Source of the DNA: Alphaproteobacteria bacterium
GTDB taxonomy: Bacteria; Pseudomonadota; Alphaproteobacteria; UBA7887
Direction of reading: 5' to 3'
DNA: 64,000 bases
Assembly (NCBI GenBank): GCA_965216755.1
Contig: CBDCGL010000011.1
Coordinates: forward strand, 2,624,001 to 2,688,000
The notes below the pieces were generated by a model. The model was not told where the DNA came from. It did no database searches and worked only from the letters and a program-made list of their open reading frames with translations. Shown one piece after another: positions 51,652 through 61,155 of the stretch. Positions within the stretch are counted from its first letter, which is position 1; every line of letters begins with the position of its first letter. The position numbers were made by a program, and so were the translations under genes.

Positions 51652-51972
51652 GTGCGCGCGCGCATGTTGCTGATCGGGCTGCCGTTGGCCATCGTCGGCG
51701 GCACAATGATGGGCATTGCCTTGCCCTTGGGATTGTCATTTTGGGAAGCGGCCTTGCTGGCGTCGATCCTTTTCGCGTTGTTTGTGCTTGAAGAAACGAA
51801 CATGCCCGGCGCAGATCAGATCCTCACGGTCACATTGTTAACCGTGACATTGAGTATCATCGCCCATGGAATCTTGGCGTCGCCACTGGCCCGCGTCTAT
51901 GGCGCCTGGACGGAGCGCTTGGGCGCCTGCACGGAAACGCAAAAGGTCTCCGAAATGCCGACGCGCGTCTGA
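51652..51972 (+). pseudogene. Internally deleted cation:proton (CPA1/NhaP-like) antiporter remnant
   Basis: RMLLIGLPL...WEAALLA fused directly to C-terminal ASILFAL...TVTLSIIAHG..A.PLA..YG; TD and GPRG core absent. Confidence 0.7.
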
Positions 51973-51995
51973 TCCACAGATTGGAGGAGCAAAAC

Positions 51996-52739
51996 ATGCT
52001 CAACGAACAGCAACAGGCCTGGTGCCGTGAAAGTCGCTGGGACTTTTCAGACCTGGCCGCATTGTTCTTGAATTGCACATTGAAAAAGTCACCCGAATTG
52101 TCGCACACCGAAGGCTTGGTGCGCATCGCGCGCGCCATCATGGAGAAGAACGGTGTTACCGTCGATGCGCTGCGTCCGGTCGACTACCAAATCGCTTACG
52201 GTGTCTACCCCGACATGGCCGAACATGGCTGGGACCGGGATGACTGGCCTGAGATCTACGCCAAGGTGGAGAAAGCCGACATTCTCGTGATCACGTCGCC
52301 GATCTGGCTGGGCGAGAAGTCATCGGTGTGCACCAAGGTGATCGAACGCCTTTATGCCAACTCCCACATTCTCAACGATCAGGGCCAGTACGCGTATTAC
52401 GGTCGTGTCGGCGGGTGCCTGATCACGGGCAACGAGGACGGCGCCAAGCATTGCGCCATGAATATCCTCTATTCCCTACAGCATCTGGGCTATGTGATCC
52501 CGCCGCAAGCCGACGCCGCCTGGCTGGGCGAGGCCGGCCCTGGCCCATCCTATTTGGACGCAGGCTCGGGCGGCCCAGAGAACGACTTCACCAATCGCAA
52601 CACCACGTTCATGACATGGAACTTGCTGCATCTGGCGCGGATGATCAAGGACGCCGGCGGCCTTCCTGCGCATGGCAACCAACGCGCCGCCTGGGATGCC
52701 GGCTGCCGGTTCGACTATGCGAACCCGGAGTACCGCTAG
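51996..52739 (+). CDS. Flavodoxin / NADPH-dependent FMN reductase family protein
   Basis: NCTLK, SHT, ADILVITSPIWLG, TGNEDG; RBS GGAGGAG. Confidence 0.88.
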   Translation: MLNEQQQAWCRESRWDFSDLAALFLNCTLKKSPELSHTEGLVRIARAIMEKNGVTVDALRPVDYQIAYGVYPDMAEHGWDRDDWPEIYAKVEKADILVITSPIWLGEKSSVCTKVIERLYANSHILNDQGQYAYYGRVGGCLITGNEDGAKHCAMNILYSLQHLGYVIPPQADAAWLGEAGPGPSYLDAGSGGPENDFTNRNTTFMTWNLLHLARMIKDAGGLPAHGNQRAAWDAGCRFDYANPEYR

Positions 52740-53301
52740 CAGGCTGGTGAAAAACGACGCGTCTTAAGCACGGTATCATGATTCTCTGGTGGGGCAGGAT
52801 GGGGGATGCGATGCGTGGTCAGGACGGTCGGAGCGGTGATCTTTTTAGCTATGTGAATTTCGAGGCACGGGTTGCGAGGAAGCATCCTTTGCGCTTGATC
52901 CGGGTGATCGTGAACGATGTGCTTGAGCGTTTATCGGCGGAGCTTGGCTCGGTTTATTCGGATATGGGCCGGCCATCGAGAGCGCCTGAGAAGCTTTTGC
53001 GCGCGCTGTTGTTGCAAGCGTTTTATTCGATCCGTTCCGAACGTCAACTGATGGAACAGCTGGAATTCAACTTGCTTTACCGCTGGTTTGTCGGGCTTGG
53101 CGTGGACGACGCGGTTTGGGATAGCAGCACGTTTTGCAAGAAGCGTGACCGGCTTCTCAAAGCAAAGATATCGGCCAAGTTCCTGACCGGTATCATCGGC
53201 CACGAGCGTGTGGCGCGGCTGTATCGCAAAGGCAACGGCCGAGAAAGCCGGCTTTCAAAACCAGATAAAGCAATCACTGCACAGACGTCTTCAGCAGCCT
53301 G
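52740..53301 (+). mobile_element. Internally deleted IS5-family element (562 bp) with terminal inverted repeats and CTAG flanks
   Basis: Left CAGGCTGGTGAAAAA vs right (reverse complement) CAGGCTGCTGAAGAC; CTAG at 52736-52739 and 53302-53305; transposase fragment inside. Confidence 0.85.
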
Positions 53302-53305
53302 CTAG
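52811..53305 (+). pseudogene. Truncated IS5 transposase (InsH N-terminal/DUF772 part only)
   Basis: HPLR, GRPS.APEKLLRALLLQ.FYSIRSERQL.E.L.FNLLYRWFVGL; no DDE residues. Confidence 0.85.
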
Positions 53306-53368
53306 CGCTGTTCGCAAACACCCAAACGGGCGCGGGAGCGACAAAAACCCGTGACGGCGGTCAGTCGA

Positions 53369-54961
53369 TCAGGCGACGTCGGCCTTGATCAAATCAGCGG
53401 CTTTCTCACCAATCATGATCGAGGCCGCATTGGTATTGGAACTGACCAAACTCGGCATCACCGATGAATCACAAACACGCAACTTTTCGATCCCGTGCAC
53501 CCGAAGCGCCGGGTCGACCACAGCCAGGTCATCAACGCCCATTTTGCAGGTGCCCACCGGGTGATATGACGTACGCCCGTGGCGCCGCGTGTAATCCTCA
53601 AGCTCTGTTTGGGTCTTCACCCCGGAGCCTGGAAAGTGTTCTTTCTGGATCCATTTCGAGAACACCGGCTGGGTCATGATGTCGCGGCTCATTTTCAAGC
53701 CCTCGACGGACAGCCGCAGATCTTCATCGGTGTCGATATAGTTGGGATCCACCAGCGGCGCCAAGTTTGGATCGCCGCCGCGCAAGCGCACACTGCCGCG
53801 GCTTTGCGGCCGCACAAAATATGAGTTGAGCGTACAGCCCGCGCCCGTCGGCACCGGTGGCACGCCGGCCTCGACACCGGCGCCGACTAAAAAATGAAAC
53901 TGGGTGTCGGGCGTGGGCGACGATGTGTCGCCATACCAAAACGCGCCACCTTCAACGATATTCGATGCCACGGGCCCGGATTTAAATAGCTTGTATTGCA
54001 ACCCCGCCCACACCATCCAATGCCATTTGGCATATTTGTCGAAACTGTGCGGACCGTTGAGTTCGTAGACAATGTCGACATCCAAGTGGTCTTGGAGATT
54101 CTCGCCAACACCGGGGCTGTCCAAGATCACGTCGATACCGTGGTTGCGCAAATGATCGGCCCGCCCGACCCCCGACAACATCAGCAATTTCGGCGATCCG
54201 ATAGCCCCCGCCGCGACAATGACATCTTGGCTGGCGGACGCCCGTTCGAATTGCCCATTGCGGGTATATTCGACCCCCACCGCGCGGCCGTTTTCGATCA
54301 CCACGCGGGTCACCAGACAATCCGTATGCACGGTCAGATTGGACCGCGTCATTGCCGGTGTCAAATAGCCGACGGCCGCCGAGCACCGCTTGGCGTCGCG
54401 GGTTGTCGTCTGATAAACCCCGCAACCATCCTGCCTGGCTCCGTTGAAATCGGCGGTATACGGAATTCCAGCCTGCTGGCAGGCCTGGACAAAAACCCTG
54501 GTCAAGGGATGGGGTGTTAATGTCGATACGCCCAGCGGCCCATTATTGCCATGAAATGCGTTAGCAAGGATATCATTATCTTCCGACTTAATGAAATAGG
54601 GCTGAACATCTGTGAACGACCACCCGGCGCAGCCCTCGTCATTGGCCCACCGGTCGTAATCCTCGGGGCAGCCACGGGTAAAGACTTCGGCGTTGATCGA
54701 GCTGCCGCCGCCCAAAACACGCCCCTGGGCAAAAGGGATTTCGCGGTCGTAGCAGTTCTTCTGGGGCACGGTCGAATAGCCCCATGTCAGTGGTCCGTCG
54801 GTCATCTTGACGAACCCGACCGGCATATGGATATACGGATTGGAATCGGTCGGCCCGGCTTCCAACAACAGCACTTTGGCGCTGTCCAAGTCACTCAGCC
54901 GCGCGGCGATGACGCAACCTGCCGCGCCGCCCCCGGCAATGACAAAATCATACACGATCAT
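53369..54961 (-). CDS. GMC oxidoreductase (choline/sorbose dehydrogenase-like)
   Basis: GGGAAG, GRVLGGGSSIN, GENLQDH, HPVGTCKMG, SNTNA. Confidence 0.93.
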   Translation of the reverse strand: MIVYDFVIAGGGAAGCVIAARLSDLDSAKVLLLEAGPTDSNPYIHMPVGFVKMTDGPLTWGYSTVPQKNCYDREIPFAQGRVLGGGSSINAEVFTRGCPEDYDRWANDEGCAGWSFTDVQPYFIKSEDNDILANAFHGNNGPLGVSTLTPHPLTRVFVQACQQAGIPYTADFNGARQDGCGVYQTTTRDAKRCSAAVGYLTPAMTRSNLTVHTDCLVTRVVIENGRAVGVEYTRNGQFERASASQDVIVAAGAIGSPKLLMLSGVGRADHLRNHGIDVILDSPGVGENLQDHLDVDIVYELNGPHSFDKYAKWHWMVWAGLQYKLFKSGPVASNIVEGGAFWYGDTSSPTPDTQFHFLVGAGVEAGVPPVPTGAGCTLNSYFVRPQSRGSVRLRGGDPNLAPLVDPNYIDTDEDLRLSVEGLKMSRDIMTQPVFSKWIQKEHFPGSGVKTQTELEDYTRRHGRTSYHPVGTCKMGVDDLAVVDPALRVHGIEKLRVCDSSVMPSLVSSNTNAASIMIGEKAADLIKADVA

Positions 54962-55479
54962 ATTCCCTGAAAAATCGATCGCCGTGACCGGCGCCCCCAA
55001 ATGCGCAATACCCTTTCGTCACTATGACACCGGTTGCACAACTTGTGGACCCGTGCTTGCCCCAATAGGCAGCCGCGCCATACGTGCCGGCAAGATGCGC
55101 GAATCCCGTCGCCGTTCAACTTGCGCAAAGACCCTGCCGCCGCCGTTCTTGGCCGCCAAAGCGACGGCGCACGCATCGAGATCGGCGGGCGCGCGCGTTG
55201 CAACATCCGCCGTCCAATTCCGGATCGACAAAAGTTCCCAGCCCGATTTTCGTGAACAGCCCCGGGCGCCCGCATTAGTATATAGCTAGATGGTTACTTT
55301 TGGAGAATTTGTCGCGCGATATTTGACCCGTGTTAGGAGGGTCGGAGCGCCTTCGATCAAATCAGTTGGCAAACCGCGAGGATCCACGTCCCCCGCACCG
55401 CGGTGTACCGCAGTGGATTGGCGGGCCGCGTCGGAGAGTCAGCCGGGCTTTTTGCGTCTCGATGGGGGAATAGCGTTTC

Positions 55480-56052
55480 TTATTGTGGTCGCACCGGCGG
55501 TTGCGGCTGGATCGGCGCCGCGTCGGCCGCACCGGCATGATCGGTAGGTCGCAGCAAAAGATAGCCGAGACCGCCGGAGAGTCCCCAGCCTTCGCTCGAC
55601 TCGAGCCCCAACGGCTGCAACGCATAATTGCCGCCACCGCCGCCAACAAGTGCGGCCGCGCCGGCGCCCATGCCGACCGTAACGGAGGCTTTGCCCCCCA
55701 TATATTTTCCGCTCAACATATGGGTGCCGACCCGCATATCCTCGCCTCCGGCGATCACGCCAAAGCGGATCGTCTCATTGCGGTTCCAGTTCAGGTCGAC
55801 GCCAATGCCGATTCCCATCTCACCGGAGTAATATTCCGGTCCATCAGGAGTTTTGAACACGCAATCAACATCCACGGATGAATGGATCAACAAATTAAAT
55901 CGTGTTCCGGGGATGCTGGCACAGGTCAATACGCCCACTTGCGCGTCAGCGACGGCGGAACGGCCGGCAAAGACGACGGCCATCGTGGACATGCACAGCA
56001 AGGTGAAGACAGGCACGACGGTGCCGATAAATCGTTTCAATTGGTCCCCCAT
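55480..56052 (-). CDS. DUF992 family protein
   Basis: Signal peptide, VG.LTC, LLIHSS..VDC.F, G.Y.G..ASV..G.G.GA..LVGG, LQPL. Confidence 0.8.
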   Translation of the reverse strand: MGDQLKRFIGTVVPVFTLLCMSTMAVVFAGRSAVADAQVGVLTCASIPGTRFNLLIHSSVDVDCVFKTPDGPEYYSGEMGIGIGVDLNWNRNETIRFGVIAGGEDMRVGTHMLSGKYMGGKASVTVGMGAGAAALVGGGGGNYALQPLGLESSEGWGLSGGLGYLLLRPTDHAGAADAAPIQPQPPVRPQ

Positions 56053-56308
56053 CCATGGACGCCCATTGGGGCGTTGCGTGGTCGCTTTGGTCGATTGCCA
56101 TTCATCTGCGCAGCGGACTGGGCGCATCAAACGCTGGCGCCACGCGGTGACGCAGATTATCTCAGGCGACAATCGCAGCGGATTGTGCCTTGTGGCGGCG
56201 CAAAAGCCAAGGGTCGTCGCACAGGGCAACTGTCTTTGTGCTCACGGTTTCGAATCGCAATGGTCGTCGTCGCCCGACGTTGCCGGCCAATCATAAGGAC
56301 CCTTTTGC

Positions 56309-57706
56309 ATGGCGGACGCAATCGCTTATCAGCCCAATGTCGTGGCATCGGCGATCACCGAACAACCAGCAGAGCCGCTCGCCGACGAATTTCGCCGGGC
56401 CAACTTGGCCGGACACAAGCTTGCTGTTCAGTGCCGGTTGATCGCCGCGCTGGTGGTGATGGTGCTGATGTTGTTCATGATACCGGATCCCGAGGGATTT
56501 TCCGGTCAGTCGCGCCTCATTTTCTACGAGATTTGCGCGATTGTTTTGTCGCTCAACGCCGTTGTCAGCTATGCCATCAACCGCAGCCGCTTCAATGGGC
56601 CGTGGCGGGCATATTTGTTTGTCGGCCTGGACTTCGTGTTCGTCACGTTGGCCGTCATTGGGCCCGCGTTCATTTTCGACGACGGCATGCCTGGTCAGAT
56701 GCTGCTGCGCTACAATAGCTTCCTCTACTATTTCATATTTGTCGCGCTGATCGCCCTCGGCTACTCGCCAGCCTTGATGTTGTGGGCCGGGTTCTCCGCC
56801 GCGCTGACTTATTCCGTCGGGGTCATCTTCGTGCTGATGAAACCGGATACACTCTTTATCCCCGCGTCCGCGATCACCGATATCGACGCCATGGTCGCCA
56901 TGTTGAACCACCCGCATGTTGTCGACATCAATGTCCGCATCCAGGAAGTGGTGGTGATGTTGTTGGTTGCCGGGATATTAGCGGCTGTCGCCCGTCGGTC
57001 GCGGCGCCTGATTGTTCGCCAGGCTGATTTGGCGCGTCAGCGGACAAATTTGGCACGCTATTTTTCGCCGCGCTTGGTGAACGAACTTGCCGGACGTGAT
57101 CAGCCGATCGGTCCGGTCCGTCGCCAAGATGTGGGGGTCTTGTTTGCCGATATCGTCGGTTTCACGCGTTTTGCCGAAAGCGCCCGGCCCGAACAGGTGA
57201 TGGACCTGTTGCGCGATTTCCATGGTCGCATGGAAGCCGAAGTATTCAATCATGACGGCACCATGGAGAAATTCATCGGCGATGCTTTGCTGGCAACGTT
57301 TGGCGTGCCGGATTCAACGCCCAATGATGCCGCCCAAGCGGTGCGGTGCGCGCGCGCCATGCTCGAACGCCTCCGGCAATGGAATGCTGAACGGGCGGGC
57401 GCCGGCGATGACCCGATCCACATCGGCATCGGTGTCCATTTCGGTCCCGCGGTGTTGGGGGACATTGGCAGTGCCCGTAACATGGCTTTTTCCGTCGTCG
57501 GCGATACCACAAATGTGGCCAGTCGGCTGCAGCAATTGACCCGCGACTTGAACTGCGCGGCGGTGTTTAGCGACGACGTCGTCCGGCGCGTGCGCGCACA
57601 GGACGACGCCGCCACGACAAGTTTGTTGGCCGGCGTGCGCCATGTGCCGCCACAATCGGTCAAGGGCCGCGAACAACCGATCGATATTTGGGTCCTCGAC
57701 GGCTGA
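56309..57706 (+). CDS. Multi-pass membrane class III adenylate cyclase
   Basis: About six TMs, LARYFS, LFADIVGFT, EKFIGD, SVVGDTTNVASRL. Confidence 0.92.
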   Translation: MADAIAYQPNVVASAITEQPAEPLADEFRRANLAGHKLAVQCRLIAALVVMVLMLFMIPDPEGFSGQSRLIFYEICAIVLSLNAVVSYAINRSRFNGPWRAYLFVGLDFVFVTLAVIGPAFIFDDGMPGQMLLRYNSFLYYFIFVALIALGYSPALMLWAGFSAALTYSVGVIFVLMKPDTLFIPASAITDIDAMVAMLNHPHVVDINVRIQEVVVMLLVAGILAAVARRSRRLIVRQADLARQRTNLARYFSPRLVNELAGRDQPIGPVRRQDVGVLFADIVGFTRFAESARPEQVMDLLRDFHGRMEAEVFNHDGTMEKFIGDALLATFGVPDSTPNDAAQAVRCARAMLERLRQWNAERAGAGDDPIHIGIGVHFGPAVLGDIGSARNMAFSVVGDTTNVASRLQQLTRDLNCAAVFSDDVVRRVRAQDDAATTSLLAGVRHVPPQSVKGREQPIDIWVLDG

Positions 57707-57707
57707 C

Positions 57708-58256
57708 CTATGACCCGAGCCGCAGAATAGCCGCGTGGAGGGACTCGTACTGGCTCTCGACCGCGCCGTCGAACAAAGGATCGACAATTGAATTGGCGGC
57801 ATCATCAATTGCTTGCCAGTCAGTGTCCTCTAAGACCGCTTCCGCGCGCCAAAACAGAACGCGTTCCTCGATTTCCATATGTCGCCAATAGTTCGCGACA
57901 AACTTGCCAAGATCGGCCGCGAGCGCTGCCGGATCGTCACAGCCCGCGTCGACCGCTTCCTGAAACTGCTGCACCAGAAGCCGCGTGTCGTCGGCGATTG
58001 TGGTGTGATCATTGACGATGCCGGCAACCATGTCGGCCACGTCGGGCGCCGCCACGCGCAACTGCTGGTAGATCAAGTCTTCTTTGGGATGGTGAACCAA
58101 ATCGGGATAGTGGGAAAGGTAACGCAGCGCGTCGCCAACCAACAGCAGATCCGCCCGGCCGTCACGCGCCAGGTCTTCGGCCTGTCGTTCCAACAGCCTG
58201 AGCAATTTCGACAAATCAATGTGGTCGCGCCGCAACCGATCTAACACAAAACTCAT
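57708..58256 (-). CDS. Hemerythrin-domain protein 2
   Basis: DH, YPDLVHHPKED, DH, HMEIEE..LF, DPLF. Confidence 0.88.
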   Translation of the reverse strand: MSFVLDRLRRDHIDLSKLLRLLERQAEDLARDGRADLLLVGDALRYLSHYPDLVHHPKEDLIYQQLRVAAPDVADMVAGIVNDHTTIADDTRLLVQQFQEAVDAGCDDPAALAADLGKFVANYWRHMEIEERVLFWRAEAVLEDTDWQAIDDAANSIVDPLFDGAVESQYESLHAAILRLGS

Positions 58257-58439
58257 GATCTTTATTGTGTGTTTGCGTCGCGATGGGGAACCTAACTTGG
58301 GTTAGAAACGCCGCACGGCGCGCAGACAGGCCACGATCGACAACGCCGCCCGAATTCCGTCCGCGCCACTTCCATAGTGGCATCACCTTGCGATGATATG
58401 TCCACCCAAAGTGATCGCGCTACAGAAACCGACCCCCCA

Positions 58440-58830
58440 AAAGAGTCTCTTGTTGCGATTAAATCATAGAACACAAATACATCCGACTTCGCACAAATAT
58501 TATCTATGCACAGTCACACTTCTTTGAAGCAAAACATAGAATTATTCATTTTTTTCTATTATTAACTGTGATCAAGATAAAATTCCATGAAATCACACGT
58601 ATTTTTGTGTCTTTACAAAAAATGTGAAATTCTTGTTATTAATATATCAATGATTATATTCATATTGAATCAATCGCAATTTCAATAATAACAACTTGCA
58701 CATTTTCCGTAGTTCTATTCATCGGATATCATAGAATATCTATGGACTTCTGTAGTCTTTCTATGCACATGTTCTTTTTCAGCTATCGATCAAGGAACTC
58801 CCAATAAGGTTTAAATAGAGATAGCATAAT
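58440..58830. other. Strongly AT-rich intergenic block with recurring CATAGA/TCTATG motifs
   Basis: Counted GC 16/60 (58501-58560) and 12/60 (58621-58680) in an otherwise GC-rich window. Confidence 0.8.
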
Positions 58831-59756
58831 CAGTCGATTACCACGACAGAAAATAACTCTTTCCCGGAACGGTCTAGCAAAAGTAAAACGGACTTCCGCG
58901 CCACCGACCGCGCCAACGCCAATTGCGACCGCGCGTCGCCCGGGTGCCGGGTCGGCACTTGATCCATCTCAACGATCACATCGCCGGGCCGCAGGCCGGC
59001 TTGTGCCGCCCGGCTCTGCGCCGCGACGTCGACAATCAGAAGTCCATCGGCGGCAGCCGACAATTGGTGATCGGCCTCCAGTGCCTCGGTAATCGAGGAC
59101 AGGGTCATCCCCAGATCCTCGAACTGTGTCAGCTTGGCTTCGGCGACACGGGGCGCCGGGCGCGGTACAACCGTGCTGTACTCGACCTCCTCGGCAATCA
59201 CATTCGGATCGATATGGATCGCCAGGTCGGTCAGTGGATCTTCGACCAGGGCCGCCAGACAATTCTCGAACACCGACCCTTGTCGGGTCTCGCAGGCACG
59301 CAATCGCACGGCCACGCCCGCCGGTATGGCGCAAATTCCCAACGCAAACACGGTGGCCTGCGGCAGTTCCCGCACTTGCGGTGCGGCAAAGCTGAATCCG
59401 AATGCTAGACGGCGGCGCACGCCCGGCCGCAAATCCGTGGTTTCCAGCAGCTTGCGCCCCACGGACCGCCCGGCGCCATCCAAAAACACCAGTTCGAAGG
59501 CCAAGCCGGTCAAGGTATGTGGGGTTTGGTTGGAAATATCGGCGCGCGCAAAACAGTCGTGGCGATGGCTGGGCGATGGGCCGATCTCGTAAACACGGAA
59601 CGGCAGCCGGCCATCATCTTCGCTGAAAGCCGCGCCGGACGCCGCGACACACAGAACCGCCAAGGCGCATAGCCCGGCACGACGCCCAAATTGCGGTATC
59701 TCAGTACGACAGTTGACGTCCACCATCAACTCCCAGCCGGCCATCAACAGCGGCAA
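58830..59756 (-). CDS. Secreted protein with C-terminal PDZ domain
   Basis: LGMTL, GLLIVDV...SRAAQAGLRPGDVI PDZ signature; signal peptide; start uncertain. Confidence 0.75.
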   Translation of the reverse strand: MPLLMAGWELMVDVNCRTEIPQFGRRAGLCALAVLCVAASGAAFSEDDGRLPFRVYEIGPSPSHRHDCFARADISNQTPHTLTGLAFELVFLDGAGRSVGRKLLETTDLRPGVRRRLAFGFSFAAPQVRELPQATVFALGICAIPAGVAVRLRACETRQGSVFENCLAALVEDPLTDLAIHIDPNVIAEEVEYSTVVPRPAPRVAEAKLTQFEDLGMTLSSITEALEADHQLSAAADGLLIVDVAAQSRAAQAGLRPGDVIVEMDQVPTRHPGDARSQLALARSVARKSVLLLLDRSGKELFSVVVID

Positions 59757-59920
59757 ACTATCAGCTGCACCCGCAACACGCGTTACCCCATGTCAATCGC
59801 ACGGGCCGGACGTGGTCCGTACGTACGATGCGCGCGGGCCACAGACGCGATACCTCATTGAACCGCGGCCTGTCATCACCACCGCAGGTCGGGCTGGACA
59901 CACTGTTTCGGGCATGTGGC

Positions 59921-60103
59921 ATGTTTTGGTTGGGCGTCGTTTGCGGAATAATCATCTTGGCCGTGGTTGAAATGCTCGCGGCCATGGTCATCCGCTGGGT
60001 CAACCCGCCGCTCCCGCGCCAATGGCGTGCGCCCAACCCGGCCGACGAACCAGCCGTCGGTGGCGCCGCGCGTCGGCAAGCTCGTACCTCTACCAACCGT
60101 TAA
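59921..60103 (+). CDS. Possible small membrane protein
   Basis: MFWLGVVCGIIILAVVEMLAAMVI hydrophobic helix; no recognised family. Confidence 0.35.
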   Translation: MFWLGVVCGIIILAVVEMLAAMVIRWVNPPLPRQWRAPNPADEPAVGGAARRQARTSTNR

Positions 60104-60194
60104 GATACATCCCCACAGCCCATCGCCGGGGCGGCCCGGTTCGTGCTATCAACTTGTCGATTTGAAGCATGATCGCGCGCACAAAGAGGGGACC

Positions 60195-60653
60195 ATGGCC
60201 GATACCCAGTGGACGGTTTATCTATCCGGTGAAATCCATACGGACTGGCGTGATCGTATCCGCGATGGCAGCGCCCAGACAGACCTGCCGGTCGCATTTG
60301 TATCGCCGGTAACGGACCATGCCGCCAGCGATGACTGCGGGGTCAAAATTCTTGGGTCCGAGGACAAGTCGTTTTGGCACGATCACAAAGGCGCTAAGGT
60401 CAATGCCATCCGCACGCGAACGTTATTGGATCGCGCCGATTTGGCCGTGATCCGTTTTGGCGACAAATATCGCCAATGGAATGCCGCCTTCGATGCTGGA
60501 ATCGCCGCCGCCTTGGGCAAGCCCTACATCACGCTGCACGATCCAGCCCTGACCCATGCTTTGAAGGAAGTCGACGGTGGCGCCATGGCGGTGGCCGAAA
60601 CACCGGAACAAGTCGTGCGCCTGCTGGACTACGTGATCAACGGCCGGCTCTAG
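60195..60653 (+). CDS. YtoQ family protein
   Basis: VYLSGEIHTDWR, RFGDKYRQWNAAFDAG, HALKEVD; RBS GAGGGG. Confidence 0.9.
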   Translation: MADTQWTVYLSGEIHTDWRDRIRDGSAQTDLPVAFVSPVTDHAASDDCGVKILGSEDKSFWHDHKGAKVNAIRTRTLLDRADLAVIRFGDKYRQWNAAFDAGIAAALGKPYITLHDPALTHALKEVDGGAMAVAETPEQVVRLLDYVINGRL

Positions 60654-61155
60654 ATTTCAATGCCGCGATGATGGTCGCGACCAAGTGATCTGGCGGTGCC
60701 GCGATGTCGACGGTAATGGCGTCATCCGGCGCCTCCAAGGTGGCCAATTGACTGGGCAAAAGGCTGGCGGGCATGTAATGGCCTGTGCGCGCAGCAAGAC
60801 GTGACAGGATCAAGGGCACGGAGCCGCTCAGAAATACCAAGGCAACGCCAGGTTGGGCGATATGCAGCCGTGCCCGATATGACTCCTTGAGCGCCGAGCA
60901 GGCCAACACGGTGCGTCGCCGGTTGCCCACCCAATCTGTGATCGCCGCGCCGAGCCGATCGAGCCAGGGCCCGCGATCGGCGTCGGTCAAGGGCTGGCCG
61001 CGGCGCATTTTGGCGATATTGGCGGCACTGTGATAGGCGTCGCCTTCTTCAAAGATCGCGTTCAGAGCGGCGGCCAGTTGGCGCCCGACCGTGGTCTTGC
61101 CGCAGCCGGCAACGCCCATCACAACCACCACCCAGGGCAGTTCAATCACCGCCAT
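60637..61155 (-). CDS. gntK: Gluconokinase
   Basis: MGVAGCGKTT, EGDAYH, PLTDADR.PWL, ACSALK, SQLATLE. Confidence 0.93.
   Translation of the reverse strand: MAVIELPWVVVVMGVAGCGKTTVGRQLAAALNAIFEEGDAYHSAANIAKMRRGQPLTDADRGPWLDRLGAAITDWVGNRRRTVLACSALKESYRARLHIAQPGVALVFLSGSVPLILSRLAARTGHYMPASLLPSQLATLEAPDDAITVDIAAPPDHLVATIIAALKSRAGR

Noticed and set aside
58292-58474. 60-aa ORF upstream of hemerythrin 2
   Set aside because: No RBS or motif; straddles the compositional boundary
58440-58830. Degenerate CRISPR array or iteron array
   Set aside because: Motifs are 7-11 bp, in both orientations and irregularly spaced; no cas or rep gene
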